In this document: piece after piece, positions 1 to 10,463 of the stretch
Layout: each line of letters begins with the position of its first letter
Numbering within the stretch: position 1 is the stretch's first letter
Origin: an uncultured Pseudomonadota bacterium
GTDB taxonomy: Bacteria; Oederibacteriota; Muellerivitia; Muellerivitales; Muellerivitaceae
NCBI GenBank assembly: GCA_963836235.1
Contig: CAWIIP010000002.1
Location: forward strand, 1,216,001 to 1,280,000
Reading direction: 5' to 3'
Length of the DNA: 64,000 bases
Notes under the pieces: model-generated
Told to the model about the DNA's origin: nothing
Seen by the model: only the letters and a program-made list of their open reading frames with translations
Database searches by the model: none
Position numbers and translations under genes: made by a program

Positions 1-1432
1 GGGCGATACCAACCTGGCCTTTTCCGAGGACGTCTTGAAGCGCTATGAGGCCTATGGGTGGCACACCCTTCGGGTGACCGACGCCAACGACCTGGAAGCC
101 CTGGATAAAGCCATGGCGGAAGCCGCGGCGGAAACCAAGCGCCCCTCCATCATCGCGGTGCGCTCCCACATCGGTTACGGAAGCCCGCTGCAAGACAGCG
201 CCAAGGTGCATGGAAGCGCCATCCCGGCCGACATGATCGTGAAGACCAAGGAATTTTTCAAATGGCCCCAGGAACCCACCTTTTATATCCCTGAAGAAGG
301 CAAGAAGCGCTGCCTGGAATCGGTGGAGAAGGGAAAGAAGGTCGAGGCGGATTGGAATACCAAGCGGGATGCTTATGCCAAAGCCAATCCGGACAAGTAC
401 AAGCAGTTCCAGCAGGCCCTGGCGAAGGAACTTCCCGCGGACTTGGAAAAGAAACTGCCGGTCTTCCCGGCGGATGAGAAGGGCCTGGCCACCCGCCAGG
501 CATCCGGCAAGACCATCAACGCCATCGCGAAGGAAGTTCCCTTCTTTTACGGCGGCTCGGCAGACCTGGCCGGCTCCAACGACACCTTGATCGACAAGGG
601 CGGGGATTTCGAGGCGAATAATTACCTGGGGCGCATTTTTCATTTCGGCATCCGTGAGCATGGCATGGCGGCGGCCTTGAACGGCATGGCCTTGCACGGC
701 GGGGTGATTCCCTTCGGCGCCACCTTCCTGATGTTCAACGACTATATGAAGCCCGCCTACCGACTGGCCCACCTGATGGGCGTGCAATCCATCTTTGTCT
801 ACACCCACGATTCCATCGGCCAAGGCGAGGACGGCCCCACCCACCAACCGGTCGAAACCCTGGCCGCCATGCGGGCCACCCCGAACGGCTGTGTCCTGCG
901 CCCCGGCGATTCAGCCGAGGTACCCTATGCCTGGCTGGCCGCTCTTCAGCGCAAGAACGCCCCGACCGCGTTGGTTTTCTCCCGGCAAGCCGTACCCACC
1001 TATGACCGTACCAAGTTCGCTCCCGCGTCCGGAACCTTGAAAGGGGCTTATACCTTTTCAGAGGCCAAGGGCGGCAAACCCCAGGTGATCCTGATCGGCA
1101 CCGGCTCGGAATTGCAACTTTGCGTGAAGGCCCAGGAAGCTCTGGAAAAGGAAGGGATTATGGCCCGGGTGGTCAGCGCCCCCTCGCTGGAACTCTTCGC
1201 CGCCCAACCCGCCTCATACCAAGATGAGGTTCTTCCGCCATCGGTGAAGGCCCGGGTCGTCGTGGAAGCCGCGACTTCCTTCGGCTGGCAACGCTGGGCG
1301 GGGGACCATGGCCGGTTTGTGACCCTAGAGCGCTTCGGAGCCAGCGCGCCCGGCGCCGTGGCCCTGAAAAACCTGGGCTTCACCCCCGAAAACGTGGTCA
1401 AGGCGGCGAAGGAAAGCCTAAAGTCTATCTGA
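1..1432 (+). CDS. tkt: Transketolase (5' truncated by window edge)
   Basis: Motifs [34 protein letters not shown] and FGASAPG; frame runs in from the window start. Confidence 0.97.
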   Translation, partial: GDTNLAFSEDVLKRYEAYGWHTLRVTDANDLEALDKAMAEAAAETKRPSIIAVRSHIGYGSPLQDSAKVHGSAIPADMIVKTKEFFKWPQEPTFYIPEEGKKRCLESVEKGKKVEADWNTKRDAYAKANPDKYKQFQQALAKELPADLEKKLPVFPADEKGLATRQASGKTINAIAKEVPFFYGGSADLAGSNDTLIDKGGDFEANNYLGRIFHFGIREHGMAAALNGMALHGGVIPFGATFLMFNDYMKPAYRLAHLMGVQSIFVYTHDSIGQGEDGPTHQPVETLAAMRATPNGCVLRPGDSAEVPYAWLAALQRKNAPTALVFSRQAVPTYDRTKFAPASGTLKGAYTFSEAKGGKPQVILIGTGSELQLCVKAQEALEKEGIMARVVSAPSLELFAAQPASYQDEVLPPSVKARVVVEAATSFGWQRWAGDHGRFVTLERFGASAPGAVALKNLGFTPENVVKAAKESLKSI

Positions 1433-1456
1433 TCTTAAATCTTTAAGAAGCCATCC

Positions 1457-1620
1457 GTCATTGCGAGGTCCAGCCCCAATCGGGGCGGGTTGGACCGTGG
1501 CAATCTCAGGTTGTTCGTATTAAACAAACGTCACAACCTGAGATTGCCACGTCGCAAACCGTACCAATATCCATATCTGTTCATTTTATTATGGAAATTG
1601 GCACAGCTCCTCGGAATGAC
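1457..1620. repeat. Nested palindromic REP-like element
   Basis: Outer arms GTCATTGCGAGG (1457-1468) / CCTCGGAATGAC (1609-1620); perfect 19-bp inner inverted repeat at 1496-1514 / 1533-1551. Confidence 0.8.
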
Positions 1621-1668
1621 AGCAGGGACGCTTTTGCCAAAGTCAAAAAATAACTCTAGAATGCCGCC

Positions 1669-2247
1669 ATGATCACCACCACCCACGTCATCCTGAACAC
1701 CGCCCTCTTGGGCCGAAAAAAACACCCCGAACGGAACTGGCCCCTGGTGTTGGGCTCAATACTTCCCGATCTGCCGATGATCCTTTTCGCCCTTTTGACG
1801 GTGTTTACCCATGGCCGCCTTCACGCCCCGGGAAAAGCGGGTTTTATAAGCGAATATCATTTCCGCCAGCTCTGGGTGGATTGGGGCCACTCCATTCCCC
1901 TGGCAGCGGCGGGGATATTGATTTGCCTGCTTTTCAAGAGCGACTGGGGGCTTTATTTTTTCTCCGCCATGGGCCTGCATGACCTGGAAGACCTTCCCGT
2001 TCACGCCGAATACGCCCACCGGCATTTTTTGCCCTTCAGCGATTGGCGTTTCTCCAGCCCTATTTCCTATTCCGATCCCAGGTACCACGCCGACATCGTG
2101 GCGCCCCTGGAATGGCTGATTGTTTTGGTTTGCATCGGCATCCTCTGGCGCCGGGGGCTTTCTCCCAGGGTCCAAACCCTTTTATTGTTCGTCGGTGTTT
2201 TCCAGGGCCTCTGGCTGCTTTTTGAATATGGAGGTATCCGATGGTAA
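1669..2247 (+). CDS. Membrane-bound metal-dependent hydrolase (YdjM-like)
   Basis: TTTH, GSILPD, GHS and LHDLED motifs with transmembrane helices. Confidence 0.7.
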   Translation: MITTTHVILNTALLGRKKHPERNWPLVLGSILPDLPMILFALLTVFTHGRLHAPGKAGFISEYHFRQLWVDWGHSIPLAAAGILICLLFKSDWGLYFFSAMGLHDLEDLPVHAEYAHRHFLPFSDWRFSSPISYSDPRYHADIVAPLEWLIVLVCIGILWRRGLSPRVQTLLLFVGVFQGLWLLFEYGGIRW

Positions 2248-2332
2248 TCTCTATGCCAAAACCCATTAGATAGAAAGAGATAACGTGATTCGAGTCCAGT
2301 TTGGGAAAGCATTACAAAAAAATGGTGATTTT

Positions 2333-3268
2333 ATGAAGTCTAAAAAAATACGATACCCAAAAAATGTTTGTTTCTTGGATATCGAAACCCATAAAACTAA
2401 TTTGAGGATTAAAGAAGATTCAAAAGTTGCTGTGGTTGGTCTTAAATTTTACAAATACAAGAAGTCCAAATATAAGCATGTTGGTTATAAATATTATTTA
2501 GAAAATGAGTTAAAAAATTTAGGACGTTTTCTAACCGGTTTTAACGGTCTTATTGTTGGATACAATACGTATCGATTTGATTACATAGTTTTGAAAAAAT
2601 ACTTTTCTTTTAAAAAAATTATTCCAAAATCCGTCGATCTCTTGTTTCTTTTAAGATCATTTAATTCATCCTACAGAGGACTCTCTTTAAACGATGTTTG
2701 TAGATTAAATTTCAAGATTGGAAAAACAATTAAGGGTCGAGCAATTCCAAAATTGTGGCTTTTGGGGGAAAAAGAAAAAGTAATTAAATATAACGAGAAC
2801 GATTGCTATTTAACATTTAGGTTATGGGAGAAAATGATCTTCGAAGGCGAAATTGATCTTACGAAGTGGCAATGGAATGAAGGCAGAGATACAAAAATAA
2901 TACTTAATGCCCTTGAAAATAAATACTTAATTGGAAAATTCCCGTGCACTTATTTCCTATGGGATAGAGAAAAAAATAACACTGAATATTTTTCTTTTCA
3001 AGATTTGAAGTTTGAAATGAAAATCCACAAGTATCCTAATGGGATTGGGGATTTAGAGGAACAATATGCCATGTGGAAAGATCGAATAAAAAATAGGCGT
3101 TTCCAATCAAAAGCTAAACATAAGTTAGCCGAAATACGATTAGAACGTATTCGGTTGAAAATGGTCGAAACCCCTTTGCGATCAAAATACTGGCCTTTTG
3201 CAAAAATAAACCGATTTATAAATTTCCCTATTTATAAATCGGTTAGCATGAATAGCCAATTATTTTGA
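2333..3268 (+). CDS. AT-rich RNase H-like DEDDy 3'-5' exonuclease (RNase_H_2/YprB-like) with C-terminal extension
   Basis: ExoI FLDIET, ExoII GYNTYRFD, ExoIII YNENDC; ATG at 2333 preferred over GTG at 2285. Confidence 0.8.
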   Translation: MKSKKIRYPKNVCFLDIETHKTNLRIKEDSKVAVVGLKFYKYKKSKYKHVGYKYYLENELKNLGRFLTGFNGLIVGYNTYRFDYIVLKKYFSFKKIIPKSVDLLFLLRSFNSSYRGLSLNDVCRLNFKIGKTIKGRAIPKLWLLGEKEKVIKYNENDCYLTFRLWEKMIFEGEIDLTKWQWNEGRDTKIILNALENKYLIGKFPCTYFLWDREKNNTEYFSFQDLKFEMKIHKYPNGIGDLEEQYAMWKDRIKNRRFQSKAKHKLAEIRLERIRLKMVETPLRSKYWPFAKINRFINFPIYKSVSMNSQLF

Positions 3269-4132
3269 TTTAAGTAGCGAGGCCGCCGCTTCGTCCAAGG
3301 CGAAAACAAGCTTCCCGTCCGAAGGCCGCAAATATTGGACCGGGTACCGGGGCGGGTCCGAAGGGCCTTTCAGGACTTCCTTGGCCATCTTGGCTTTCTT
3401 CTCCCCTTCCAGTAACACCAACAGGAACCGCGAGGCGTTGAGGACCGGAAAAGTAAGTGAAACCCTTTCTTTGCGCGCCTTGTCCACGAAATAGCCCACC
3501 ACCCATCTTTCCAGCTCGTTCACCTGGGGCATGCCGGGAAAAAGGCTGGCGGTATGGCCATCGTCACCCATCCCCATAAGGGCCAGGTCAAAGCGAGGCA
3601 GGGCTCCCGTCCCGAAAAACTTTCCCATCTTCATCTCGTAGGAGGACGCCGCCCTCTCCACCGGCTGGCTGCCGTCGGTCATGGGAAAAACATTGGCCGC
3701 CGGAATGGGCGCCTTGAAAAGAAGGTATTCCTGGATCATGCGGTAATTGCTGGTTTCATCGTCCAGGGGAACATGGCGCTCGTCCACGAAGAAGAAATAG
3801 GTCTTGTCCCAGGGAATCAGCGAGTAGTAGGGTTCTTCGGTCAACTGCTGGAACAGCCCCTTGGGGGTCGTGCCACCGGAGAGGGCCGCCACGAAACGCC
3901 CCCGAGCGTTGACCGCTTCCCGGGCGATTTGCATCACCTGGTGGGCCGTCTCCTGGACCAGGGTCTCGGGAGTGTCGTAAACGCGGATCTCCGGCTCAAA
4001 CTTCAACCTTTTGAGTTTCGCGGTTTTGGAAGCAAGGGGCACAATTTTTTTCGAGGAAGACTTTTTAGGGGAAGAAGCCGGGGCTTTGGATTTAGACGGC
4101 TTGGAACGGACTGCTTTTTTCTTCATGGCCAT
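3260..4132 (-). CDS. pgl: 6-phosphogluconolactonase
   Basis: ALSGGTTP, VDERHVP, GMGDDGHTASLFP; GGAGG RBS upstream of ATG 4132; Lys/Ser-rich N-terminal extension. Confidence 0.95.
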   Translation of the reverse strand: MAMKKKAVRSKPSKSKAPASSPKKSSSKKIVPLASKTAKLKRLKFEPEIRVYDTPETLVQETAHQVMQIAREAVNARGRFVAALSGGTTPKGLFQQLTEEPYYSLIPWDKTYFFFVDERHVPLDDETSNYRMIQEYLLFKAPIPAANVFPMTDGSQPVERAASSYEMKMGKFFGTGALPRFDLALMGMGDDGHTASLFPGMPQVNELERWVVGYFVDKARKERVSLTFPVLNASRFLLVLLEGEKKAKMAKEVLKGPSDPPRYPVQYLRPSDGKLVFALDEAAASLLKSK

Positions 4133-4148
4133 GATTTTCCTCCACCGT

Positions 4149-5264
4149 CTATGCTTTTTCCTCAAGGGTTAATTTGGGTTTCATTAAAACCGTTCCCGCG
4201 AATTGCAGTGTCTTTTTCCAAACCTGGTCTTCTTCCAAATGCTTTAATCCCAGATTCAAGAGTTCGTTGGAATGGAGATGCTCGAAAGTAAGGGTTCGTG
4301 AAAAAGCCACCTTATGATTGACCTCGGATCGGGCGACAACACAATGCGGATCCTGGTCCCGTACCACGGTAAAAAGGCCGGGTGTTTCCCCGCCGGTTTG
4401 GATGCCCACGGCGAAAATCCTGTCCCGCTTGATGTCCGGCACGGGAACGGGTTTCAGCAAAACCTCCGCTTTTCCTTGCGGCGTTTCAAAAGCCAATTGG
4501 TTGGAGAACTCGGTAAGCCGAGGGCCTATGTATTTCCACCCCAACCGGGAGGCGATCCAACAGGCTAGGAAAAAGCTCCGGGTGGGCTGGGTGCCTTGGC
4601 CGTATTCAATGGTGACCCGGTTGATTTCCTTGAGATAACCGGACCATTCCCCGTCGAACATCTCGGCGATCAGGGCCCGCCATCTTTGGATGCGGATCCA
4701 ATTGAGGTCTCCCAAAAGGGTATGGGGATAGCGGCTGTTCCAGAAAGTGGATAGCCGGGCGAAGGATGGGATGGGCTTTTTGAACTTGGAGGAATCCAGC
4801 CAAACACGGTTGGATTCTTGGGCCATTTTCTCGAAATAAAGATTTTCATAGGGCAGGTCGCCGGGCCACCAAAATTCCACCGGCAAGTCGGGCATCAGCA
4901 GCGAGAAGGTAAAGCCATAGAGGTTCTCGATGACTTCGGACTGAGCCACCAGCTTGATAATGTCGCAACAGACCCGCTTTTCCCGTCCCGCCCCGAACAG
5001 GCAATGGCCGGAAACGTAATAACGCAAGGGGGGCTCAGTGAGATCGGCGGCGGGCCGCACCAAGATGTAACGCCCCGGGTGTTTTTCCGCCAAATCGTTC
5101 AGGATCTGTTCCACCCGGTAGCCTTCCTCGTGATCGGAAGCGTAAGCCACCAGGTTGGTGGTATAGACCCTTTGGAGGCCTAATTCCTTGGTTGTTTTAT
5201 CCCCGGACGAGTCTTTCCAAAGGTCCGCCACGTCTTTTTCGATGGTTTGGGCTGAGATTGTCAT
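4149..5264 (-). CDS. opcA: Glucose-6-phosphate dehydrogenase assembly protein OpcA
   Basis: HPGR, LLMPDLPVEFWWPG, DLNWIRIQRWR, WIASRLGW; lies between zwf and pgl. Confidence 0.9.
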   Translation of the reverse strand: MTISAQTIEKDVADLWKDSSGDKTTKELGLQRVYTTNLVAYASDHEEGYRVEQILNDLAEKHPGRYILVRPAADLTEPPLRYYVSGHCLFGAGREKRVCCDIIKLVAQSEVIENLYGFTFSLLMPDLPVEFWWPGDLPYENLYFEKMAQESNRVWLDSSKFKKPIPSFARLSTFWNSRYPHTLLGDLNWIRIQRWRALIAEMFDGEWSGYLKEINRVTIEYGQGTQPTRSFFLACWIASRLGWKYIGPRLTEFSNQLAFETPQGKAEVLLKPVPVPDIKRDRIFAVGIQTGGETPGLFTVVRDQDPHCVVARSEVNHKVAFSRTLTFEHLHSNELLNLGLKHLEEDQVWKKTLQFAGTVLMKPKLTLEEKA

Positions 5265-5283
5265 GCATACACCTTTAACAAAA

Positions 5284-5359
5284 GCTATTGGCGGTTAGCC
5301 GATGGCTGTTGGCTGGAACCTTCCTAAAAGGTAAGGGCCAATCGCTATCCGCTAACAGC
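5284..5359. repeat. 7-nt-periodic imperfect inverted repeat
   Basis: GCTATTG GCGGTTA GCCGATG GCTGTTG GCT ... GCCAATC GCTATCC GCTAACA GC in the zwf-opcA spacer. Confidence 0.6.
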
Positions 5360-5364
5360 GGTTG

Positions 5365-6900
5365 TTACATCCGCCGCCACTTACGCCAGGGCTTTTCTAA
5401 CATCTTGTCGGCTTCCGCCGGGCCCCAGCTTCCCGCCTCGTAATTGGGAAAATCGCCCTCGGGTTCGGTGGTTTCCCAGTGTTTGATGACCGGCATGAGG
5501 GCGCCCCATGCCGCTTCCGTCTCGTCGCCGCGGATAAAAAGGGTGGCGTCCCCCAGCATGCAATCTAACAGAAGCCTTTCATATGCTTCCGAGGTGCCTT
5601 CGGCGAAAGTCGTGCCGTAGCGGAAGTCCATATTGACCGTCCGGGCTTCCATGGTCATGCCGGGCACCTTGGTCTCGAATTTCAAGGTTATTCCCTCGTC
5701 GGGCTGGATGCGCACCACCAGCACGTTGGGAGAAAGGTCGGTGACGTTGTTTTTGAATAACAGATTGGGGGGCTCTTTGAACTGGATGGCCACTTCAGTG
5801 GTGCGTTTCGGCAGACGCTTACCCGAGCGAAGGAGGAAAGGCACGCCGTGCCACCGCCAGGTATCGAGAAAGACCTTGATGGCGGCGTAAGTGGGGGTGA
5901 TGGATTTGGGATCAACGCCCTCTTCCTGACGGTAACCGGGAACCCGCTCCCCCGCCAAATAGCCGGGGCCGTACTGCCCCCGCACCGCCCATTGGGTCAG
6001 CGTATGCTCGTCGAAAGGCCGGATGGATTTTAAAATTTTTAATTTTTCGTCCCGGATAGCGTTGGCTTCGTAACTGACCGGTGGCTCCATGGCGATGAGG
6101 CACATAACCTGGAAAAGATGGTTTTGGAACATGTCCCTCAAAATCCCCGAACTCTCGTAATAACCCGCGCGGCTTCCCACTCCCAAGTCCTCGGAGGCGG
6201 TGATTTGGACATGGTCCACGTGGCGGCGGTCCCAAATGGGCTCGAAAATGGAATTGGCGAAACGCATGACCAAAAGATTTTGGACCGTTTCCTTGCCCAG
6301 GTAATGGTCGATGCGGTAAATCTGGTGTTCCCGGAAGACTTCCTTCACATGAAGGTTCAATTCCTTGGCCGAGTCCAGATCGTGGCCGAAGGGCTTCTCA
6401 ATGACGACTCGGGAATATCCCTTGTCTTCCTTGGCTAAGCCCGCCGCCCCCAGGTTGAAAATGATATTCTCAAAAACGTTAGGCGGGGTGGAAAGGTAAA
6501 AAATACGGTTGCCGGACGTTCCATTTTCCCTGTCCTTCTCATCCAACAAGGTGGAAAGGCTTTGGTAGGCCTTCATGTCGTCATATCCGCCCGCAATGTA
6601 ATGGAAGTTTTGGGAAAAGCTGTCCCAAAGGGAATCGGATAATTGGGGTTCGGTTTGCTTTAAGGAATCCTTCAGCTTTTGCTTAAATTCCTCGTCGCTC
6701 ATCTTGGAACGCGACAGGCCCACCAGGCTGAAAGATGTGGGTAAAAGGTGCTTCTGGTAAAGGTCGAAGAGGGCCGGTACCAGTTTGCGGTGGGTCAGGT
6801 CCCCCGAAGCTCCGTAAATAACCAGGCTGCAGGGAGCGGGGACACGGTCGGACGACAGTCCTTGACGCAGGGGATTTTCCAACAGGGTGGGTGTGGCCAT
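5365..6900 (-). CDS. zwf: Glucose-6-phosphate 1-dehydrogenase
   Basis: GASGDL, EKPFGHD, RIDHYLGKE. Confidence 0.98.
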   Translation of the reverse strand: MATPTLLENPLRQGLSSDRVPAPCSLVIYGASGDLTHRKLVPALFDLYQKHLLPTSFSLVGLSRSKMSDEEFKQKLKDSLKQTEPQLSDSLWDSFSQNFHYIAGGYDDMKAYQSLSTLLDEKDRENGTSGNRIFYLSTPPNVFENIIFNLGAAGLAKEDKGYSRVVIEKPFGHDLDSAKELNLHVKEVFREHQIYRIDHYLGKETVQNLLVMRFANSIFEPIWDRRHVDHVQITASEDLGVGSRAGYYESSGILRDMFQNHLFQVMCLIAMEPPVSYEANAIRDEKLKILKSIRPFDEHTLTQWAVRGQYGPGYLAGERVPGYRQEEGVDPKSITPTYAAIKVFLDTWRWHGVPFLLRSGKRLPKRTTEVAIQFKEPPNLLFKNNVTDLSPNVLVVRIQPDEGITLKFETKVPGMTMEARTVNMDFRYGTTFAEGTSEAYERLLLDCMLGDATLFIRGDETEAAWGALMPVIKHWETTEPEGDFPNYEAGSWGPAEADKMLEKPWRKWRRM

Positions 6901-7092
6901 GGAAACCTCGCTGGGGAAAAAATAGAAGCCTTATATCGGGCTTCAGCAAGAGGGATTATTTTAGTGGTTTATTTGAACAGAGGCTTGTTTTTCTTTCAAG
7001 TCCGGCCCAAACTCAAAAGAAGTTCGATTTTATGGTGAAAATGATCGGCTTTTTATATTCGCCGTAAATTTTAGTTTGGCCCTAGGAAATCC

Positions 7093-7980
7093 ATGGCCGA
7101 CTTCAAGAAACGTATTTCTGAGAATATGAATGGCGAGTTCTTCGTCGATTCCACCTGCATCGATTGTGATACTTGTCGGCAATTGGCTCCCGACATTTTT
7201 GAGGACACTGGCGACAGTTCCTTCGTCCAGTCCCAACCCCAAACCCCGGAAGAAATCCGGGCCGCCACCCAAGCCCTCCTCGCCTGCCCTACCGGCTCCA
7301 TCGGAACCCTCCATCCCAATCATTCTTCCGAAATTATGAACGATTTCCCCATACCCGTCGAGGAGGGCGTCTTTTATTGCGGCTTTAATTCCGCCAAATC
7401 CTTTGGCGGCAACAGTTATTTCATCCAACACCCGGAGGGTAATTGGCTGGTGGACTCCCCCAAGTTCCTTCCCCATCTAGCGCGTCAGTTCACCGAAATG
7501 GGCGGTATTCAATATATCTTTTTGACCCATCAGGACGACGTCGCCGAGGCCGCCCAATACGCGGAAAAATTTGGAAGCCGAAGGATCATTCACCAGAAGG
7601 ACAAAGGCGCCCAACCGGACGCGGAAATACTTATCCAGGGAATGGACTTGGCCGAACCGGTACGGGGTTTCAAAATCATCCCCACACCCGGCCATACGGA
7701 AGGGCATTGCGTTCTTCTCTATCGGGATAAATTCCTTTTCACCGGAGACCATTTATGGTGGAAGCGTAAGCGCAAACAATTGGGCGCCTCCCAAAACGTG
7801 GCCTGGTATTCCTGGCGTAAGCAAACCGAATCCATGGAAAGGTTGTTAAGGTTCGATTTCGAGTGGGTCCTGCCGGGACATGGGCAGAAGATCCATCTCC
7901 CCCCAAAGGAAATGCGGGGGGAATTGGAGGCACTGGTCAATCGCATGAAAGCTTCGTTGAAACCGGGGTGGAAACCCTAA
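7093..7980 (+). CDS. Ferredoxin-fused MBL-fold metallo-hydrolase
   Basis: N-terminal CIDCDTC...CP; THQDD, TPGHTEGH, TGDH, PGHG. Confidence 0.88.
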   Translation: MADFKKRISENMNGEFFVDSTCIDCDTCRQLAPDIFEDTGDSSFVQSQPQTPEEIRAATQALLACPTGSIGTLHPNHSSEIMNDFPIPVEEGVFYCGFNSAKSFGGNSYFIQHPEGNWLVDSPKFLPHLARQFTEMGGIQYIFLTHQDDVAEAAQYAEKFGSRRIIHQKDKGAQPDAEILIQGMDLAEPVRGFKIIPTPGHTEGHCVLLYRDKFLFTGDHLWWKRKRKQLGASQNVAWYSWRKQTESMERLLRFDFEWVLPGHGQKIHLPPKEMRGELEALVNRMKASLKPGWKP

Positions 7981-8013
7981 GGGGATGTTAAAAGATTTTC
8001 GTGTTGAAAATCG

Positions 8014-9042
8014 TCAATATTTTATCGTCTGTATCTTGTCCTTCACCTGGGAAAGAAAAGCTTCCGGCAAGGGCCCATAGCAAAGTTCGGGTTCCTTTTT
8101 CTGGCCGTCGGTAAAAATCCAATTGAGAAAATCCATCAAGGCCTGGCCTTTCTTGTGGTCGTGATAAACCCCCAGGTAATCCTGGTAAACCAAAAGATAG
8201 GAAAAAGCGCAAAGCGGATAGGCGCCTTTCGCCCGGGAACGGGTGAGATTGACCTGAAAATCCTCCGGCAAGTTGGGGAAATCGGAGGCGGTCGCCTCCA
8301 AGGAATCCACCGACGGGGCCACAAAATGGCCCGCCGCGTTTTTGAGCGCCGCCACAGGAAGGCCCTTTTGGCCCGCGAAGGAAAAATCGACCGCCGCGAT
8401 GACGCCAGGCCACAATCTCATTTTCTCCAAAATCTTATCGTTGCCTTTTACCTTTTCTCCCAGGGGCCAATGCAATTTCTTCTCTTTTTCCCGTTTCGCC
8501 ATCCATTGGGGGTCCAGGCTGGCGAGGTATCCGGGGAAAAGATCATGAAGGCTGCTTTCTTCCTCGCGGTGAAGGACCCGGATATCCATATCCGGCAGGG
8601 TGATTCCCGGGTTGAGTTCCTTGATGGCGATGTTGTTCCATTTTTTGATCGCGCCCAGGTAGATATCGGAAAGAACCCCCGGGGTCAGTTTTAACCCCGT
8701 CGGCACCCCCGGCAGGTTATAGGTGATGGCCACCGCCTCCAAAGCCGCGGGCAAATGAAGAATAATCCGCCTCATCGTTTTTTGTTCCTCCGGATCCGTC
8801 AAAGGGGTGTCGGTGGAAGAAAAATCCGAGCCATGGTCCAGGGCTTTTTTCACGCCCTCATCCGAATCTTTGGCTTCATACTTTATTTTCACGTCCGGTT
8901 GTTCCTGGGCCCGGTCTTGAATCCATTGGAAATACAAGGGCGCCGCCAGGGTGGAACCCGTTCCCTTCAAGGAAACGGCCGCCATAGCCGCCGAAGCGGG
9001 CAAAAGCGCAAAAAATAACGGAACTATCTTTTGAAATTTCAT
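8014..9042 (-). CDS. PstS-like substrate-binding protein (divergent, no adjacent pstCAB)
   Basis: Signal peptide MKFQK...; GTGSTLAAPLY, YNLPG, YPLCAFSYLL. Confidence 0.8.
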   Translation of the reverse strand: MKFQKIVPLFFALLPASAAMAAVSLKGTGSTLAAPLYFQWIQDRAQEQPDVKIKYEAKDSDEGVKKALDHGSDFSSTDTPLTDPEEQKTMRRIILHLPAALEAVAITYNLPGVPTGLKLTPGVLSDIYLGAIKKWNNIAIKELNPGITLPDMDIRVLHREEESSLHDLFPGYLASLDPQWMAKREKEKKLHWPLGEKVKGNDKILEKMRLWPGVIAAVDFSFAGQKGLPVAALKNAAGHFVAPSVDSLEATASDFPNLPEDFQVNLTRSRAKGAYPLCAFSYLLVYQDYLGVYHDHKKGQALMDFLNWIFTDGQKKEPELCYGPLPEAFLSQVKDKIQTIKY

Positions 9043-9246
9043 CCGGCCTCTCCTTGGGTTGGGCTCTATCCACTGACGACCGAGATTGCCATGGCCAAAA
9101 CCGACCGTCAATGAAAATTCTAGGCCGCTTTTCCCAAGGAAGGGGAAAATCACTACAATTCCCCCTGAAGCCGCCTCCTCAATCCCCCCTTTGCCAAAGA
9201 AGACCCTGATCGTATGATGTTTACATATTGAGGCTTATGGAGAATC

Positions 9247-9969
9247 ATGAAAACCTACGATTATGAAAAACTGAACCAGGAATTCGAGGCGAAATCCGCC
9301 GGGGAGATCATCCGCTGGGCCGCGGACGAGTTCGGTCCTGACTTGGCGATGTCGACTTCTTTCGGCGCCGAGAGCGCCGTATTACTCCATTTGACCACCC
9401 AAGTGAACCCGGATATCCCCGTGCTCTTCACCAATACCGGTTTCCATTTCAAGGAAACCCTGGAGCACCGGGACCTGCTGGTAAAGCGGCTCAAATTAAA
9501 TCTGCGGGAGTTAAAACCCGAAATTCCAAACGATCAATTCCTGGCCCAATATGGAAAGCTTTATGAAAGGGACCCGGACGCCTGTTGCGCCATGAACAAG
9601 ATCGCCCCTTTTGAGGAAGGCCTGAAGGATTACAAGGGCTGGATCACGGGCATCCGCCGCAACCAAGCCGATACCCGAAAGTCCTCCAAGTTCGTGGAGA
9701 ACTACCGGGACCAGTTGGTCAAGGTCAGTCCGCTCTTGACTTGGACGGCCAAGATGTTGGGAGATTACGCCAAGAAATATGACCTGCCTTATCATCCCCT
9801 GTGGGAGAAAGGCTATTTTTCCATCGGCTGTTCACCGGAAAACTGCACCCGCCCGGTCAAATTGGGGGAAGATCCCCGTTCGGGGCGGTGGGCCGGCACG
9901 GGTAAAATTGAATGCGGAATCCATACCTTCATGCAGAACGAAAAGCCTGAAAAGACAGAAAAACCTTAA
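9247..9969 (+). CDS. cysH: APS/PAPS reductase, Fe-S type
   Basis: TSFG, DACC, SIGCSPENCT, RSGRW, ECGIH. Confidence 0.93.
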   Translation: MKTYDYEKLNQEFEAKSAGEIIRWAADEFGPDLAMSTSFGAESAVLLHLTTQVNPDIPVLFTNTGFHFKETLEHRDLLVKRLKLNLRELKPEIPNDQFLAQYGKLYERDPDACCAMNKIAPFEEGLKDYKGWITGIRRNQADTRKSSKFVENYRDQLVKVSPLLTWTAKMLGDYAKKYDLPYHPLWEKGYFSIGCSPENCTRPVKLGEDPRSGRWAGTGKIECGIHTFMQNEKPEKTEKP

Positions 9970-10463
9970 AACTCCCAGGCGTAAGCTGCTCCTACCCCAT
10001 CCCGCCGGGGGCCCATCGTGGTTTGAATATTTAAAGCGGGGCGCCCCAGTAATTCCAGGGTCAACAACGTGGCCGTGTGGGTTCCCACCGCGATCCAGGC
10101 CCTTTCCCGCGTCGAGGAGTCCGAGGCCCGCAGAAGTGTCACTACCGGGTAGATGGTTTTAGCGCACCCGGCCGCGTTCACCAAAAAAAGCCCCGCATCG
10201 TAATCCTTGGCGGCGAAAAAAAGGGTCCATCCCAAACTATCCACCCCTGCGACGGACCAAGCGTAAACATCGGCATGGTCCTCAAAAGCCTCGGTATAGG
10301 CCCAACCATAATAATCGGCCAGAACGACGGGAACCGTCACTAGTTCATTGGCCGCGCGGACCGGCCTCGTCGTTAGGATCAACCCTAAAACGAGCCCCCC
10401 TACAGCCCTGAAAAAAAAACGGCACCTCCCACTTCGACCGGTGAAAACGGAAAGTTTGCTCAC
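9966..10463 (-). CDS. Hypothetical exported/membrane protein
   Basis: Signal-like N-terminus; ends AYAWEF; 4-nt overlap with the upstream gene. Confidence 0.6.
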   Translation of the reverse strand: MSKLSVFTGRSGRCRFFFRAVGGLVLGLILTTRPVRAANELVTVPVVLADYYGWAYTEAFEDHADVYAWSVAGVDSLGWTLFFAAKDYDAGLFLVNAAGCAKTIYPVVTLLRASDSSTRERAWIAVGTHTATLLTLELLGRPALNIQTTMGPRRDGVGAAYAWEF

